From a virus (Duplodnaviria; Caudoviricetes), in the IMG/VR virus record IMGVR_UViG_3300032092_000043, positions 1-53,844 of that record: a stretch of 53,844 bases of DNA, one strand, 5' to 3'. Numbering within the stretch: position 1 is the stretch's first letter; each line of letters begins with the position of its first letter. The translations under genes and the position numbers were made by a program. Below, piece by piece: positions 44,978 to 53,844 of this stretch. The notes beneath the pieces are model-generated. The model made no database searches. It was not told the origin of the DNA and worked only from the letters and a program-made list of their open reading frames with translations.

Positions 44978-47900
44978 ATGCCCAGCTACATAAATTCCAT
45001 CAAGCCGATTAAGCAAATTGATTTACCAAAGCTAAAGCTAATTGAAACCGATTCGGTTCCAAAGAAGAGCCAGTCCCTCCGAGAGTGGGCCATGGCTGGT
45101 GGTGGCGTCCCTGAATCGCACAAGGACCGGGCCGACGTCTGGCACAAGAAGGCGCACAACTACGCCAAGGGCGGCGCGGTCAATATGCAAAAGGGCGGCA
45201 AGATGGGTGTGGGCATGAAGATTGCCGACGTTGTAGCCGACGCCAGCAAGCAGGCTGACGAGATCCTTGCAGCCAAGAAGGCTGGCAAGCTGGACGATGC
45301 CATGAAGTCCAAGCAAGCGCCCATGACGACGCCCCAAGGCACTGGCCTGCCGTTGATGCCCCGCACCCAAGGCATGTACACCCAAGGCGTCAAGCAAGAG
45401 GACCTGCCCCGCATGACCAAGGTGGATAAGGCCCGCGCCGAGGGTAAGTCGCCTGCATACACCGAGCGCATGCAGGACCTGCTCGACAGCCCCACCGCCC
45501 GCAAGAAGATCGACAAGCTGATCAACAAGGGCAAAGACCTGAACATGACCGAGTGGTACGGCACTGAGCCTTTGCGTCAGGTGGCCATGGACTTGGGCCT
45601 GTCGCCCGAGAAATACAAAGAATTCCTTGCGCAGATGGCCAGTGCCAGTCAGCGCAACCCGGTGGACCAGCAAAACAAGATGGGCAGCTACCTGTGGTAC
45701 TTGAGCCAGACGGACCAGTTGCCCGATGATGCGTTTCTGCTGACCAACAAGATCAAGAAGGACCCGTCGCTCAGGCCCGAGGGCACGGCCATTGAACTGC
45801 CAGAAGGCTACGGCTCGCTGGCGCAGGGTGACATCTTTAAACGTGGCAAGCAGATCGCATCGGGTGACATCATGGGCGCACTGCCCCCAGACAAGAAGCT
45901 GGGCACGTTCTACCGCAACTACCTCGGCAACCTCAAGCCCGTCACGGTGGACGTCAACGCAGTGCGTGGCCCCATCATCGAGCGCGGCGATCCCCGCTGG
46001 CTGTCGTCTAAGCTGGTCGAGAAGGACGACGAGGGCAACGTGATTGCCACCCACTTCCCCCGCAAGGACGTGGCCGAGGGCCGCATGTCGCTGAAGGAGG
46101 CCAAAGAGCGCCCCGGCTTCTGGGAGGCTGCGCCGTCTGGGTCCGAGTACGCAGGCTTTGAGGACCTGTGGCAACGCGGGGCCAAGCGCCACGGCGTTGA
46201 GCCAGCAGAGGCCCAAGCGCTGGGCTGGTATGGCTCTGCTGACGTCACCGCGCTCAAGACCAAGCCTGAGCTGTACATCGACAACCTCGAGCGCATGATC
46301 AAGCGCACCGCCGAGGAGACGGGCCAAAGCCCGCTCAAGGTGATGGAGGAGGTCATCAGGGGCAAGGGCTACCTGTACAAAGAGGGTGGAGCGGTCCAGC
46401 ACTTTGATGGTGGCGGTATGGCAGCCGCAGACTTCGTTGGGGCAGAAGACGACGGCGGCAGCCTTGACAAGGCCAAGCTGATGACCAAGATCCTTGCGGA
46501 CATGGCCAAGAAGCAGGGAAGCCAAGAGGTGGACAGCTTAAAAAAGCCCCGCGCACTCACGGACCTGCTTAACCGTGGAGTGCTGGCAAACAACCCAATA
46601 AGCGCAGGCGTGGATCTTTTTAACATGGGCCTTGGTGCATTTGGCATGGGCAGCGATAAGCCGTTTCTTGGGTCCGAGCACCTCAAGGGCTTGATGGACA
46701 AATACAACATTACGTCTGGCGAAGAACGCCCAATGATGGAGACCGCGTTGAGCTTTGCAAGCCCCGCAGGTATGGTCAAAGGTGCGGTGAAAGCAACAGA
46801 CGCCGCTAAGAAAGCTCCTGAGTTGGTCAAAAAAGCCTCGGATGCTTTAACTTCAAGTAAGATAATTCCTCTGGCCACAGAGGCGAAGACTGCGCAAGCA
46901 GGGAAACCAACAGGAGCTGCATATGCAACAAGACAAGAAGGGCCGTTCTTCCGAGTCAGCCCAACAACACTTAACGTCAGTACGGCAAAGAGTCGCGGAA
47001 TTAGAGAAGCGGATGAACTTCAAGGCCAAGCCCCTGTCGGAGGAACAACAGGACAGGTTGGAGGCGAACTTCCGACGCGCATCGCAGATGAAGAGGTGGC
47101 CCGAATAATCGCTGACCCAGTCGCGAACGAGCCACTAAACATTGCAAAAAGATATACTCAAGAAACGCAAGGCACTGACTTTGTCTTGCCTGAAATCCCC
47201 GAGAGTTCCTTAGTTAAGCAGTCGGCCATTGGCCGCACGCACCAAATCGCCGTCGAGGGTGCGCCTGAATACAAGACAGCGGTCTTCGATGCTTACGTTA
47301 AGCAGATGCCCGAAGTGCTTGAGCAGGCAGGAGCTAAGAACTACGACGACCTTATGGAGAAGGCTTACCGCCAACTTGCAAAGGAAACCGACGCGCAGTT
47401 CCAAGCACTGCCCTACAACTTCTCGTATCACCGCGCTGGTGAGGGCAACTACAACTCCAGCAAGGAGATGGCCGCCGACGTGCATGGCAACAAGCACCTG
47501 TACGTCTTTCAAGGCGGCGACCCCCACGACTTCCTGAACCGCGTTGACCCAAACACTGGCTTAAACGAGAACGAAAAGTTTCGCGCCGTTCACGATTTGC
47601 TTGGCCACGCCATCTACGGTAACCAATTTGGACCAAAGGGCGAAGAGACCGCGTGGGCCATCCACAGCCAGATGTACAGCCCGCTTGCTCGTTTGGCCAT
47701 GACGGCTGAGACTCGCGGCCAAAACTCAATGGTCAACTACAGCCCACTAAACGCAAACCTCAAGGCTGAGATTGCCAAGTACGACAGTATGGCCGACGAG
47801 GCACGCAGAAGGGGCGACAAGGCCCTTTTAGGCGAGATTAACGCAGCCAAGCGCCAAGCGTACTCAGGGTTCCAATATGCGCCCCAGAAGGCTGTATTGT

Positions 47901-48454
47901 TGCCCCCCGAGTTCTTGAGTCCCCAATACGCTGGCGGCATGCCCTCGTACCTTGCGGCAGCAAACCGACCCACAAAGGGAACCGAAACCCAATCGGTTTT
48001 AACGCACTTTAGCAACGACCCCAATTTGCAGTTCACTGATCCACGCAGGTATGGCAGCGGCATCAAGGGGGCGGAGGGTGAGCGCCTGCGCGAGTACCCC
48101 GGCGCAGTACGCGACCGCTCGTACTTCTACCTCGGGGAGCCGAGTATGGTCACGCCCGAACCCGGCCTCGGTGCAAATCGTTACCGTGGCGAGTCGTCCA
48201 GCCTGTACGACATCACGCAAGACCCCTTGAACTTTCGCGCCCTTGCGCGAGAGTCTAATCGCGTACCGTACACCGCCAAGTACAACCAAGGCGTGACCTA
48301 CCCATTGCAAGAAGCCAACGACATGGAGCGTTTGGTCAAAGAGTATGGCTATGAAGGGATGGCCAATCCAAAGGCTTCCAAACCAATGGCCATCATGTTC
48401 AAAGAGACACCAGTCCAACGCCAAAAGCGCGGCGGACTTTCATCGATAAAGTGA
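44978..48454 (+). CDS. Multidomain (polyvalent-like) protein with GG-motif linkers
   Basis: Three globular regions (VTVDVNAVR..QALGW; FRAVHDLLGH..ETRGQNS; THFS..YFY..GYEG) with xxxGG motifs at the N-terminus, after domain 1 and at the C-terminus. Confidence 0.7.
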   Translation: MPSYINSIKPIKQIDLPKLKLIETDSVPKKSQSLREWAMAGGGVPESHKDRADVWHKKAHNYAKGGAVNMQKGGKMGVGMKIADVVADASKQADEILAAKKAGKLDDAMKSKQAPMTTPQGTGLPLMPRTQGMYTQGVKQEDLPRMTKVDKARAEGKSPAYTERMQDLLDSPTARKKIDKLINKGKDLNMTEWYGTEPLRQVAMDLGLSPEKYKEFLAQMASASQRNPVDQQNKMGSYLWYLSQTDQLPDDAFLLTNKIKKDPSLRPEGTAIELPEGYGSLAQGDIFKRGKQIASGDIMGALPPDKKLGTFYRNYLGNLKPVTVDVNAVRGPIIERGDPRWLSSKLVEKDDEGNVIATHFPRKDVAEGRMSLKEAKERPGFWEAAPSGSEYAGFEDLWQRGAKRHGVEPAEAQALGWYGSADVTALKTKPELYIDNLERMIKRTAEETGQSPLKVMEEVIRGKGYLYKEGGAVQHFDGGGMAAADFVGAEDDGGSLDKAKLMTKILADMAKKQGSQEVDSLKKPRALTDLLNRGVLANNPISAGVDLFNMGLGAFGMGSDKPFLGSEHLKGLMDKYNITSGEERPMMETALSFASPAGMVKGAVKATDAAKKAPELVKKASDALTSSKIIPLATEAKTAQAGKPTGAAYATRQEGPFFRVSPTTLNVSTAKSRGIREADELQGQAPVGGTTGQVGGELPTRIADEEVARIIADPVANEPLNIAKRYTQETQGTDFVLPEIPESSLVKQSAIGRTHQIAVEGAPEYKTAVFDAYVKQMPEVLEQAGAKNYDDLMEKAYRQLAKETDAQFQALPYNFSYHRAGEGNYNSSKEMAADVHGNKHLYVFQGGDPHDFLNRVDPNTGLNENEKFRAVHDLLGHAIYGNQFGPKGEETAWAIHSQMYSPLARLAMTAETRGQNSMVNYSPLNANLKAEIAKYDSMADEARRRGDKALLGEINAAKRQAYSGFQYAPQKAVLLPPEFLSPQYAGGMPSYLAAANRPTKGTETQSVLTHFSNDPNLQFTDPRRYGSGIKGAEGERLREYPGAVRDRSYFYLGEPSMVTPEPGLGANRYRGESSSLYDITQDPLNFRALARESNRVPYTAKYNQGVTYPLQEANDMERLVKEYGYEGMANPKASKPMAIMFKETPVQRQKRGGLSSIK

Positions 48455-48461
48455 GCACCCC

Positions 48462-51014
48462 ATGGCAACCCAATTCCCAATAGACCCAGAATTCAACCGC
48501 TTTGTTGGCGGCAACCCTGACCAAGACACTGAAGCTGGGGGCGAAGAGGAGGCGCAGGTTGTTGACATGCCTGACCTAGTCAACTCCGAGCTGGAAGAGC
48601 TGCCCGACGGCAGCGTGGTTGTCACCATGGACACCAAGGGGCCGATGGAGGACGAGGACTTCTACCAAAACTTGGCTGACAGCGACCTGATTCAGGACTA
48701 CGACCTGAGCGCCATGGCCCTGCGCTACATCGAGCTGGTCGAGAAGGATAAGGACGCACGCAAGCAGCGCGACAAACAGTACGAAGAGGGCATCAAGCGC
48801 ACGGGCATGGGCAATGACGCCCCCGGGGGTGCGAACTTCAACGGCGCATCCAAGGTCGTTCACCCCGTAATGGCTGAGACTTGCATCGACTTTGCAGCCC
48901 GCGCCATCAAAGAGATGTTCCCACCCGACGGCCCGACCAAAACCAAGATCTTGGGCGACGTCACGCAGGACAAAACCGACATTGCCGAGCGCAAGCGCGA
49001 TTACATGAACTGGCAGTTGACCGAGCAGATTGAGGAATTCCGCGACGAGCAAGAGCAAATGCTGACCCAGCTCCCACTTGGTGGCTCACAGTACATGAAG
49101 CTCTGGTACGACGAGAAGAAGCGCCGCCCCTGCGCACAGTTTCTACCCATCGACAACGTGCTTTTGCCCTACGCGGCAGGCAACTTCTACACCGCCGAGC
49201 GTTTCACCGAGGTTGACGATATCTCTGACTGGGATTACAAGCGCCGCGTGAACTCTGGCATGTACCGCGACACCGTAATGTCCCGCGCCACCATGGACCC
49301 AGAGATGACTGGGGCGCAGAAGGCCACAAACAAGGTCGAGGGCAAGTCCCAAAACGACAACGAAGACGCCGTGCGCCGCGTCTACCACATCTACACATGG
49401 CTCGAGCTGGAAGACGACCCCGTCACTAAGGGTGAAATGGCCCCGTACATCCTGATGATCGACGATCTGTCAAGCGAAGTGATTGGCCTGTACCGAAATT
49501 GGGAAGAGGGCGACAACACAATGACCAAATTGGACTGGGTCATCGAGTTCAAGTTCATCCCATGGCGTGGCGCATACGCAGTTGGTCTGCCGCAGCTCAT
49601 TGGAGGCCTCTCAGCGGCCCTCACAGGCTCTTTGCGTGCCTTGCTGGACTCTGCGCACATCAACAACGCTGCAACGCTCCTGAAGCTCAAGGGCGGCAAG
49701 ATCTCTGGCCAGTCCCAAGAGATCGAAGTCACGCAGGTTGTGGAGATTGAAGGCGCTCCCGGCGTGGATGATGTGCGCAAGATCGCCATGCCCATGCCTT
49801 TCAACGGCCCGTCGCCCGTTCTTTTCCAGCTTTTGGGCTGGCTGACCACCGCCGCCAAGGGCGTGGTGACCACCGCAGAGGAAAAGATTGCCGACGTCAA
49901 CAGCAACACCCCAGTTGGCACGACTCAGGCGCTGATCGAGCAGGGTGCAGCGGTTTTCAGCTCTATCCACGCTCGTTTGCACGAGTCTCAGGGCCGCGTG
50001 CTCAAGGTTTTGAGCCGAATTAACCGCTGGTACTTGGATGACATGCAGCGCGGTGAGGTTGTCGAGGATTTGGAGGTCACTCGAGAGGATTTTGCCCGTG
50101 TGACCGACGTGATTCCTGTGTCGGACCCGCACATCTTCTCTGAGACCCAGCGGATGGCGCAGACCCAAGCGGTTATGGCCATCATGAAGGACAACCCAGA
50201 CCTGTTTAACAAGAAAGTGGTGATACAGCGCTTTTTGAAACAGATCAAAGTCCCCGGCATCAACGAAATCATGGTCGACGTGCCCGCTCCAGTGAAGATG
50301 GACGCCGCCAACGAGAACGTAGCCATGGCCATCGGTCAGGCCGCCTACGCTTACCCCGAGCAGGACCACCTTGGCCACATTCAAGCGCACTTGGACTTTG
50401 CAAAGAGTCCGATTTTTGGTGGTAACCCCATCATTGCGCCAGCCTACTTGCCCAAGTCGGTCGAGCACATCAAGCAGCACATCGTTTTGTGGTACTTAAA
50501 CCGCATGACTGGCTACGTCCAAAAGGCCATGGGCGAGAAGCTCGAGGACTACGAGTTGCAAAAGGACCCCAAGGCCGTCGACAAGCTGTTTGCGCTGGCA
50601 TCGCAGCACGTCGAGCTGGACGCGGACCAAACGCTCAAGGGCATCTTGCCTGTGATCGAGCAACTGATGCAGGGCCTGCAAAAGTTCAAGCCGCAGCCAC
50701 AGATGACGCCAGACACCAAGGTGCTGCTGGACACCAGCATGGCCGAGACCCAGCGCCGCGCCAAGCGCGACGAGGCAGAGATGGGTCTCAAGGACAAAGC
50801 ACTGGCCGCCAAGATCCAAATGGACATGGCCAAGCTGCAACAGGACCAGCAGGAGGCAATGGAAGAGCTGGAAATGCGCTTGGCCATTGCAACCAGCGAC
50901 CAAGAGATGAAAGAACGCATCGAGACAGCCCGCTTAACACGCGATGCGGCAAAGCTCAATTTCGAGCAAACCAAGGCTGTACCAACCCAAGGAGACCGTT
51001 ATGGCAACCAGTGA
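48462..51014 (+). CDS. Portal protein (P22-like podovirus)
   Basis: 850 aa downstream of terL; VVHPVMAE, PVGTTQALIE, IPVSDP; coiled-coil C-terminus. Confidence 0.88.
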   Translation: MATQFPIDPEFNRFVGGNPDQDTEAGGEEEAQVVDMPDLVNSELEELPDGSVVVTMDTKGPMEDEDFYQNLADSDLIQDYDLSAMALRYIELVEKDKDARKQRDKQYEEGIKRTGMGNDAPGGANFNGASKVVHPVMAETCIDFAARAIKEMFPPDGPTKTKILGDVTQDKTDIAERKRDYMNWQLTEQIEEFRDEQEQMLTQLPLGGSQYMKLWYDEKKRRPCAQFLPIDNVLLPYAAGNFYTAERFTEVDDISDWDYKRRVNSGMYRDTVMSRATMDPEMTGAQKATNKVEGKSQNDNEDAVRRVYHIYTWLELEDDPVTKGEMAPYILMIDDLSSEVIGLYRNWEEGDNTMTKLDWVIEFKFIPWRGAYAVGLPQLIGGLSAALTGSLRALLDSAHINNAATLLKLKGGKISGQSQEIEVTQVVEIEGAPGVDDVRKIAMPMPFNGPSPVLFQLLGWLTTAAKGVVTTAEEKIADVNSNTPVGTTQALIEQGAAVFSSIHARLHESQGRVLKVLSRINRWYLDDMQRGEVVEDLEVTREDFARVTDVIPVSDPHIFSETQRMAQTQAVMAIMKDNPDLFNKKVVIQRFLKQIKVPGINEIMVDVPAPVKMDAANENVAMAIGQAAYAYPEQDHLGHIQAHLDFAKSPIFGGNPIIAPAYLPKSVEHIKQHIVLWYLNRMTGYVQKAMGEKLEDYELQKDPKAVDKLFALASQHVELDADQTLKGILPVIEQLMQGLQKFKPQPQMTPDTKVLLDTSMAETQRRAKRDEAEMGLKDKALAAKIQMDMAKLQQDQQEAMEELEMRLAIATSDQEMKERIETARLTRDAAKLNFEQTKAVPTQGDRYGNQ

Positions 51015-51153
51015 TCAAGAGCAAAAGAGCATCAATGTGCCCCAGCACAAGCGCATGGCAATGGGCGAAAAGCTCGATGGCCAGAGCATGAAGGGTGGCA
51101 GTCCCGCTCCAACCAAACAGTCAGGAGGCTTGTCACAAGCTAAGAAAAAATGA
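51001..51153 (+). CDS. 50-aa basic peptide with GG motifs
   Basis: AAGGAG RBS; VPQHKRMAMG, MKGG, SGGLSQAKKK. Confidence 0.6.
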   Translation: MATSDQEQKSINVPQHKRMAMGEKLDGQSMKGGSPAPTKQSGGLSQAKKK

Positions 51154-51332
51154 GAACCCTTTCCGATTTGATTGGTGGAATCAAGGCTAGGCAGGCTGAA
51201 ATAGCCGCGTCCCTCGTTGCTGGTAATGCGACGAACTGGGAGTCTTACGTTCGACTGGTTGGTCACAACGGGGGTCTGCAAGAGGCCCTCGAAATCCTAA
51301 ATAACCTGATGAAGGAAGATGAAGATGAGTAA
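51150..51332 (+). CDS. Small hypothetical head-region protein
   Basis: ATGA-coupled; typical position between portal and GroES. Confidence 0.65.
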   Translation: MRTLSDLIGGIKARQAEIAASLVAGNATNWESYVRLVGHNGGLQEALEILNNLMKEDEDE

Positions 51333-51756
51333 CAACCCGGTAGCTTCTCACGAAGCTGAGATGGCTTGGGCATTTCCGAGCGTAGATCCCGGTGCAAAAC
51401 CTCTTGGTGGACGACTGTTAGTTCAGCTCCGCCGCTCAAAAAAGACGACAACTGCATCTGGAATTATCTTGGTCGAAGAAACCAAGGAAACTGAAAAGTG
51501 GCAAAACATGGTCGCCAAAGTAATCGAGGTTGGACCGCTGGCATTTAAGCATCGTGACACGATGTTGGGCTGGCCCGAAGGATCTTGGTGCGAGGCTGGC
51601 GAATTTATTCGTGTGCCCAAGTGGGGTGGCGATCGTTGGGAGGTCTCGGTTCCCGGCGAGGCCAACGAAGAACGCGCCTTGTTTATGGTCCTGAACGATC
51701 ACGAGGTGATCGCTAAGTTGACTGGTGATCCACTTGCTATGAGGGCATTCCTATGA
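51325..51756 (+). CDS. groES: GroES-like co-chaperonin
   Basis: KPLGGRLLVQ, TASGIIL, AKVIEVGP, LNDHEVIA. Confidence 0.85.
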   Translation: MSNNPVASHEAEMAWAFPSVDPGAKPLGGRLLVQLRRSKKTTTASGIILVEETKETEKWQNMVAKVIEVGPLAFKHRDTMLGWPEGSWCEAGEFIRVPKWGGDRWEVSVPGEANEERALFMVLNDHEVIAKLTGDPLAMRAFL

Positions 51757-52691
51757 GCACCGAAGCCAAAGAAAAGATTGAAGATCTCAACGTCGTTGAG
51801 GAAAAAGACGGTTCCGTCACGGTGGACTTGCCAGATCACATGGCTGACCACTCCAGTGACGAGCCTGAAACTCATCAGGACAACGACGGTGATGTCGACC
51901 ACCCTGACGACACTGATGCGGTCCGAGAGGCAAGGCGCAACCGCCGCCGCGCAAAGAAGGACTACATCAAGCGCACCAACGAGGAGAAGGACCAAAACCT
52001 GATCTTGTTGCGTCGTCAGAATCAGGAAATGCAAGATCGACTTGCCGTCTTGGAGCGCAAGACGCAAGGCGCTGACATGGCCCGTTACGACAAAGCCATG
52101 GAAGACGAGGAGTACCGTCTGCGGTACGCCCAACAGAAAATGCAAGAGGCGACGGACAACTCTGACGGCTCGGCGTTCACCAAGGCCCAAGAGCTTTGGT
52201 ACGACAGTCGACGCAAGCTGGAGGCCATGCACAGCTACAAGGAACAGGTCTCCCGAGCCAGCTCTCAAGAATCAGCGCCAGCTAACCCCAAGCTAGTGCG
52301 TTTGGCCAACAGTTGGATGGAGCGCAATTCTTGGTATGACCCAGAGGCTGGAGATGAGGATACTCAGATCGCCAAGGTCATTGACAACCGTTTGGTTGCC
52401 GAGGGTTGGGACCCGTCATCTCAAGATTATTGGGATGAGCTTGACAACCGCTTGCAAAAACGCCTACCACACCGTTATACTAGAAACACTGACGAGCCTT
52501 CCAGAAGGAGTCCTCGAAGTGTGGTTACAGGATCGAGTCGTGAATCCTCTAGTAGCGTTAATGGCAACCAGTTTGTTTTGGCCCCTGAACAGGTCAGAGC
52601 AATGAAGGATGCAGGTTTTTGGGATGACCAAGAAAAGCGCAACAAGATGATCAAACGATACGCTATTGAAGCACGCAATAAAAGGAACTAA
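51753..52691 (+). CDS. Capsid scaffolding protein (putative)
   Basis: Acidic N-terminus, coiled coil, WMERNSWY, position upstream of MCP. Confidence 0.65.
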   Translation: MSTEAKEKIEDLNVVEEKDGSVTVDLPDHMADHSSDEPETHQDNDGDVDHPDDTDAVREARRNRRRAKKDYIKRTNEEKDQNLILLRRQNQEMQDRLAVLERKTQGADMARYDKAMEDEEYRLRYAQQKMQEATDNSDGSAFTKAQELWYDSRRKLEAMHSYKEQVSRASSQESAPANPKLVRLANSWMERNSWYDPEAGDEDTQIAKVIDNRLVAEGWDPSSQDYWDELDNRLQKRLPHRYTRNTDEPSRRSPRSVVTGSSRESSSSVNGNQFVLAPEQVRAMKDAGFWDDQEKRNKMIKRYAIEARNKRN

Positions 52692-52696
52692 ACATT

Positions 52697-53239
52697 ATGG
52701 ATTCTCGTCTTAAAAAAACCCTTAACGCAGGTGGCCGTGAAAGCCGATCTTCACAAGATTTATCACGAGCTGCCCCCGAAGAGGCGTTCATTTCAAAGCA
52801 GGAACGTCGCAAGATGTGGAGCGATGAATGGACACAAAGTGCGCTGCCGAAGGTCCCAGATATCCCGGGATGGCATCTTTGCTGGTTATCAACCACCAAC
52901 GGCTACGACAGTATTGATAAGCGGATGCGATTGGGTTATGTTCCCGTGAGAGCGGATGAGTTACCCGGATTCGACAATTACCGCGTAAAGGCTGGCGAAG
53001 ACATTGGTTTTATTGCGTGCAATGAGATGCGCTTGTACAAGCTTCCAATGGAAGTTTATCAAGAGGTCATGACTCAAATGCACCATGATGCGCCTAACGA
53101 GGAATCGGACAAAGTCCAAGTCCAAGTTGAGCAGCTTCAAGGAAACCGCGATAGCTCAGGCAAAAGTCTGGGAAGCGTTGAAGGTGAAGGCTTTGGCAAT
53201 TTGAACCGAAATATCCAAACTCCCGTATTCCACGGGTGA
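52697..53239 (+). CDS. Hypothetical head-region protein
   Basis: AAGGA RBS; PGWHLCWL, RLGYVPV. Confidence 0.7.
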   Translation: MDSRLKKTLNAGGRESRSSQDLSRAAPEEAFISKQERRKMWSDEWTQSALPKVPDIPGWHLCWLSTTNGYDSIDKRMRLGYVPVRADELPGFDNYRVKAGEDIGFIACNEMRLYKLPMEVYQEVMTQMHHDAPNEESDKVQVQVEQLQGNRDSSGKSLGSVEGEGFGNLNRNIQTPVFHG

Positions 53240-53261
53240 GGATTTAACAAAGGAGTTATTT

Positions 53262-53834
53262 ATGAGTGCAACCTCTACTCCGTTCGGCCTGCGTCCTTCG
53301 TTCCACCCATCGGGTCTGGATCGCGCTGTGGCGCTCGCAAGCGGTATCGCATCTGGTTACAACACTGGCATTCTTAAAGGCCAGCCTGTAGCCCTTGACA
53401 CGTCTGGAAACATCATTGCAGCCACTGCTGGCAGCGCCTTCCAAGGTGCTTTTGCTGGTCATGAGTTCACTGATACTACGGGCCGTCGTCTGGTCAGCAA
53501 TCAGTGGGTGGCCAATACCGCCTACCAAGCTGGTTCTGAAGTGACCTATTACTACTCTGACCCGAATATTGTGTACGACATTCAGGCCAACGGTAGCTTG
53601 GCTCAAACCTCGATTGGTGATCAAGCCAACTTCGCAAGCATCACTGCTGGTTCCACGACCACAGGCTTGTCTCAGTGCATGATTTCCACCTCTTTGGTGG
53701 GTTCGGGCAACGTCGGTGATCTTCGGATTATCGGTCTTTCTAACGGCGTTGATAACGCTTGGGGCGATGCTTTCACAGTAGTGCAAGTACAAGTCTCTCG
53801 CAGTCAATTCGTTGCAACCATTAACGCCATCTAA
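53262..53834 (+). CDS. Capsid cement/decoration protein (putative)
   Basis: AAGGAG RBS; PFGLRP N-terminus, DPNIVYDIQ; immediately upstream of MCP on the circle. Confidence 0.7.
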   Translation: MSATSTPFGLRPSFHPSGLDRAVALASGIASGYNTGILKGQPVALDTSGNIIAATAGSAFQGAFAGHEFTDTTGRRLVSNQWVANTAYQAGSEVTYYYSDPNIVYDIQANGSLAQTSIGDQANFASITAGSTTTGLSQCMISTSLVGSGNVGDLRIIGLSNGVDNAWGDAFTVVQVQVSRSQFVATINAI

Positions 53835-53844
53835 GGAGTCCAAT
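53718..53844. repeat. Terminal direct repeat, copy 2
   Basis: Identical to 1-127. Confidence 0.97.

Noticed and set aside
45038-46525. 495-aa minus-strand ORF and similar long antisense ORFs (228-1124, 49611-50480, 53256-53843)
   Set aside because: Shadows of strongly codon-biased plus-strand genes; no recognisable motifs
53718-53844. 127-bp terminal repeat as a biological DTR
   Set aside because: It starts inside a gene and its length matches a common assembly k-mer; more likely a circularisation overlap
1-53844. tRNA genes, integrase, alternative genetic code
   Set aside because: No cloverleaf or recombinase motifs noticed by eye, and standard-code ORFs tile the genome densely; tRNAscan and HMM searches would be needed to confirm

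Overview
This window is an apparently complete, circularly assembled dsDNA tailed phage genome of about 53,717 bp; the first 127 bp recur at 53718-53844. The architecture is podovirus-like. In genome order it carries terS/terL, a large multidomain protein, portal, GroES, scaffold, cement protein and major capsid protein. These are followed by small basic and GG-rich proteins, adaptors, two tail fibres, a lysis cassette, a P22 gp10-like nozzle and four internal virion (ejection) proteins. A short leftward recombination operon (SSB-like protein, PD-(D/E)XK exonuclease) faces a lambdoid-type rightward replication operon (Cro-like, DUF1376/YdaU initiator, Zn-finger, SF4 helicase, RusA, Ref-like nuclease), then an array of small genes driven by repeated promoter cassettes. 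I saw no integrase, CI repressor, DNA polymerase, tRNA or CRISPR array. Gene content resembles uncultured freshwater proteobacterial phages (inference). Strongest candidates for novel biology: (1) a -1 frameshift signal in the GG-repeat protein whose shifted product ends LRGGRDC*, mirroring the full-length end KRGGMAC*; (2) a [MFYL]-x-x-G-G motif shared by several unrelated late-region proteins and bracketing the domains of a polyvalent effector protein, suggesting a GG-tag processing/encapsidation system; (3) four stereotyped early promoter cassettes, and a palindrome shared between the putative origin and the packaging region. All functional calls come from motif recognition by eye, not database searches.
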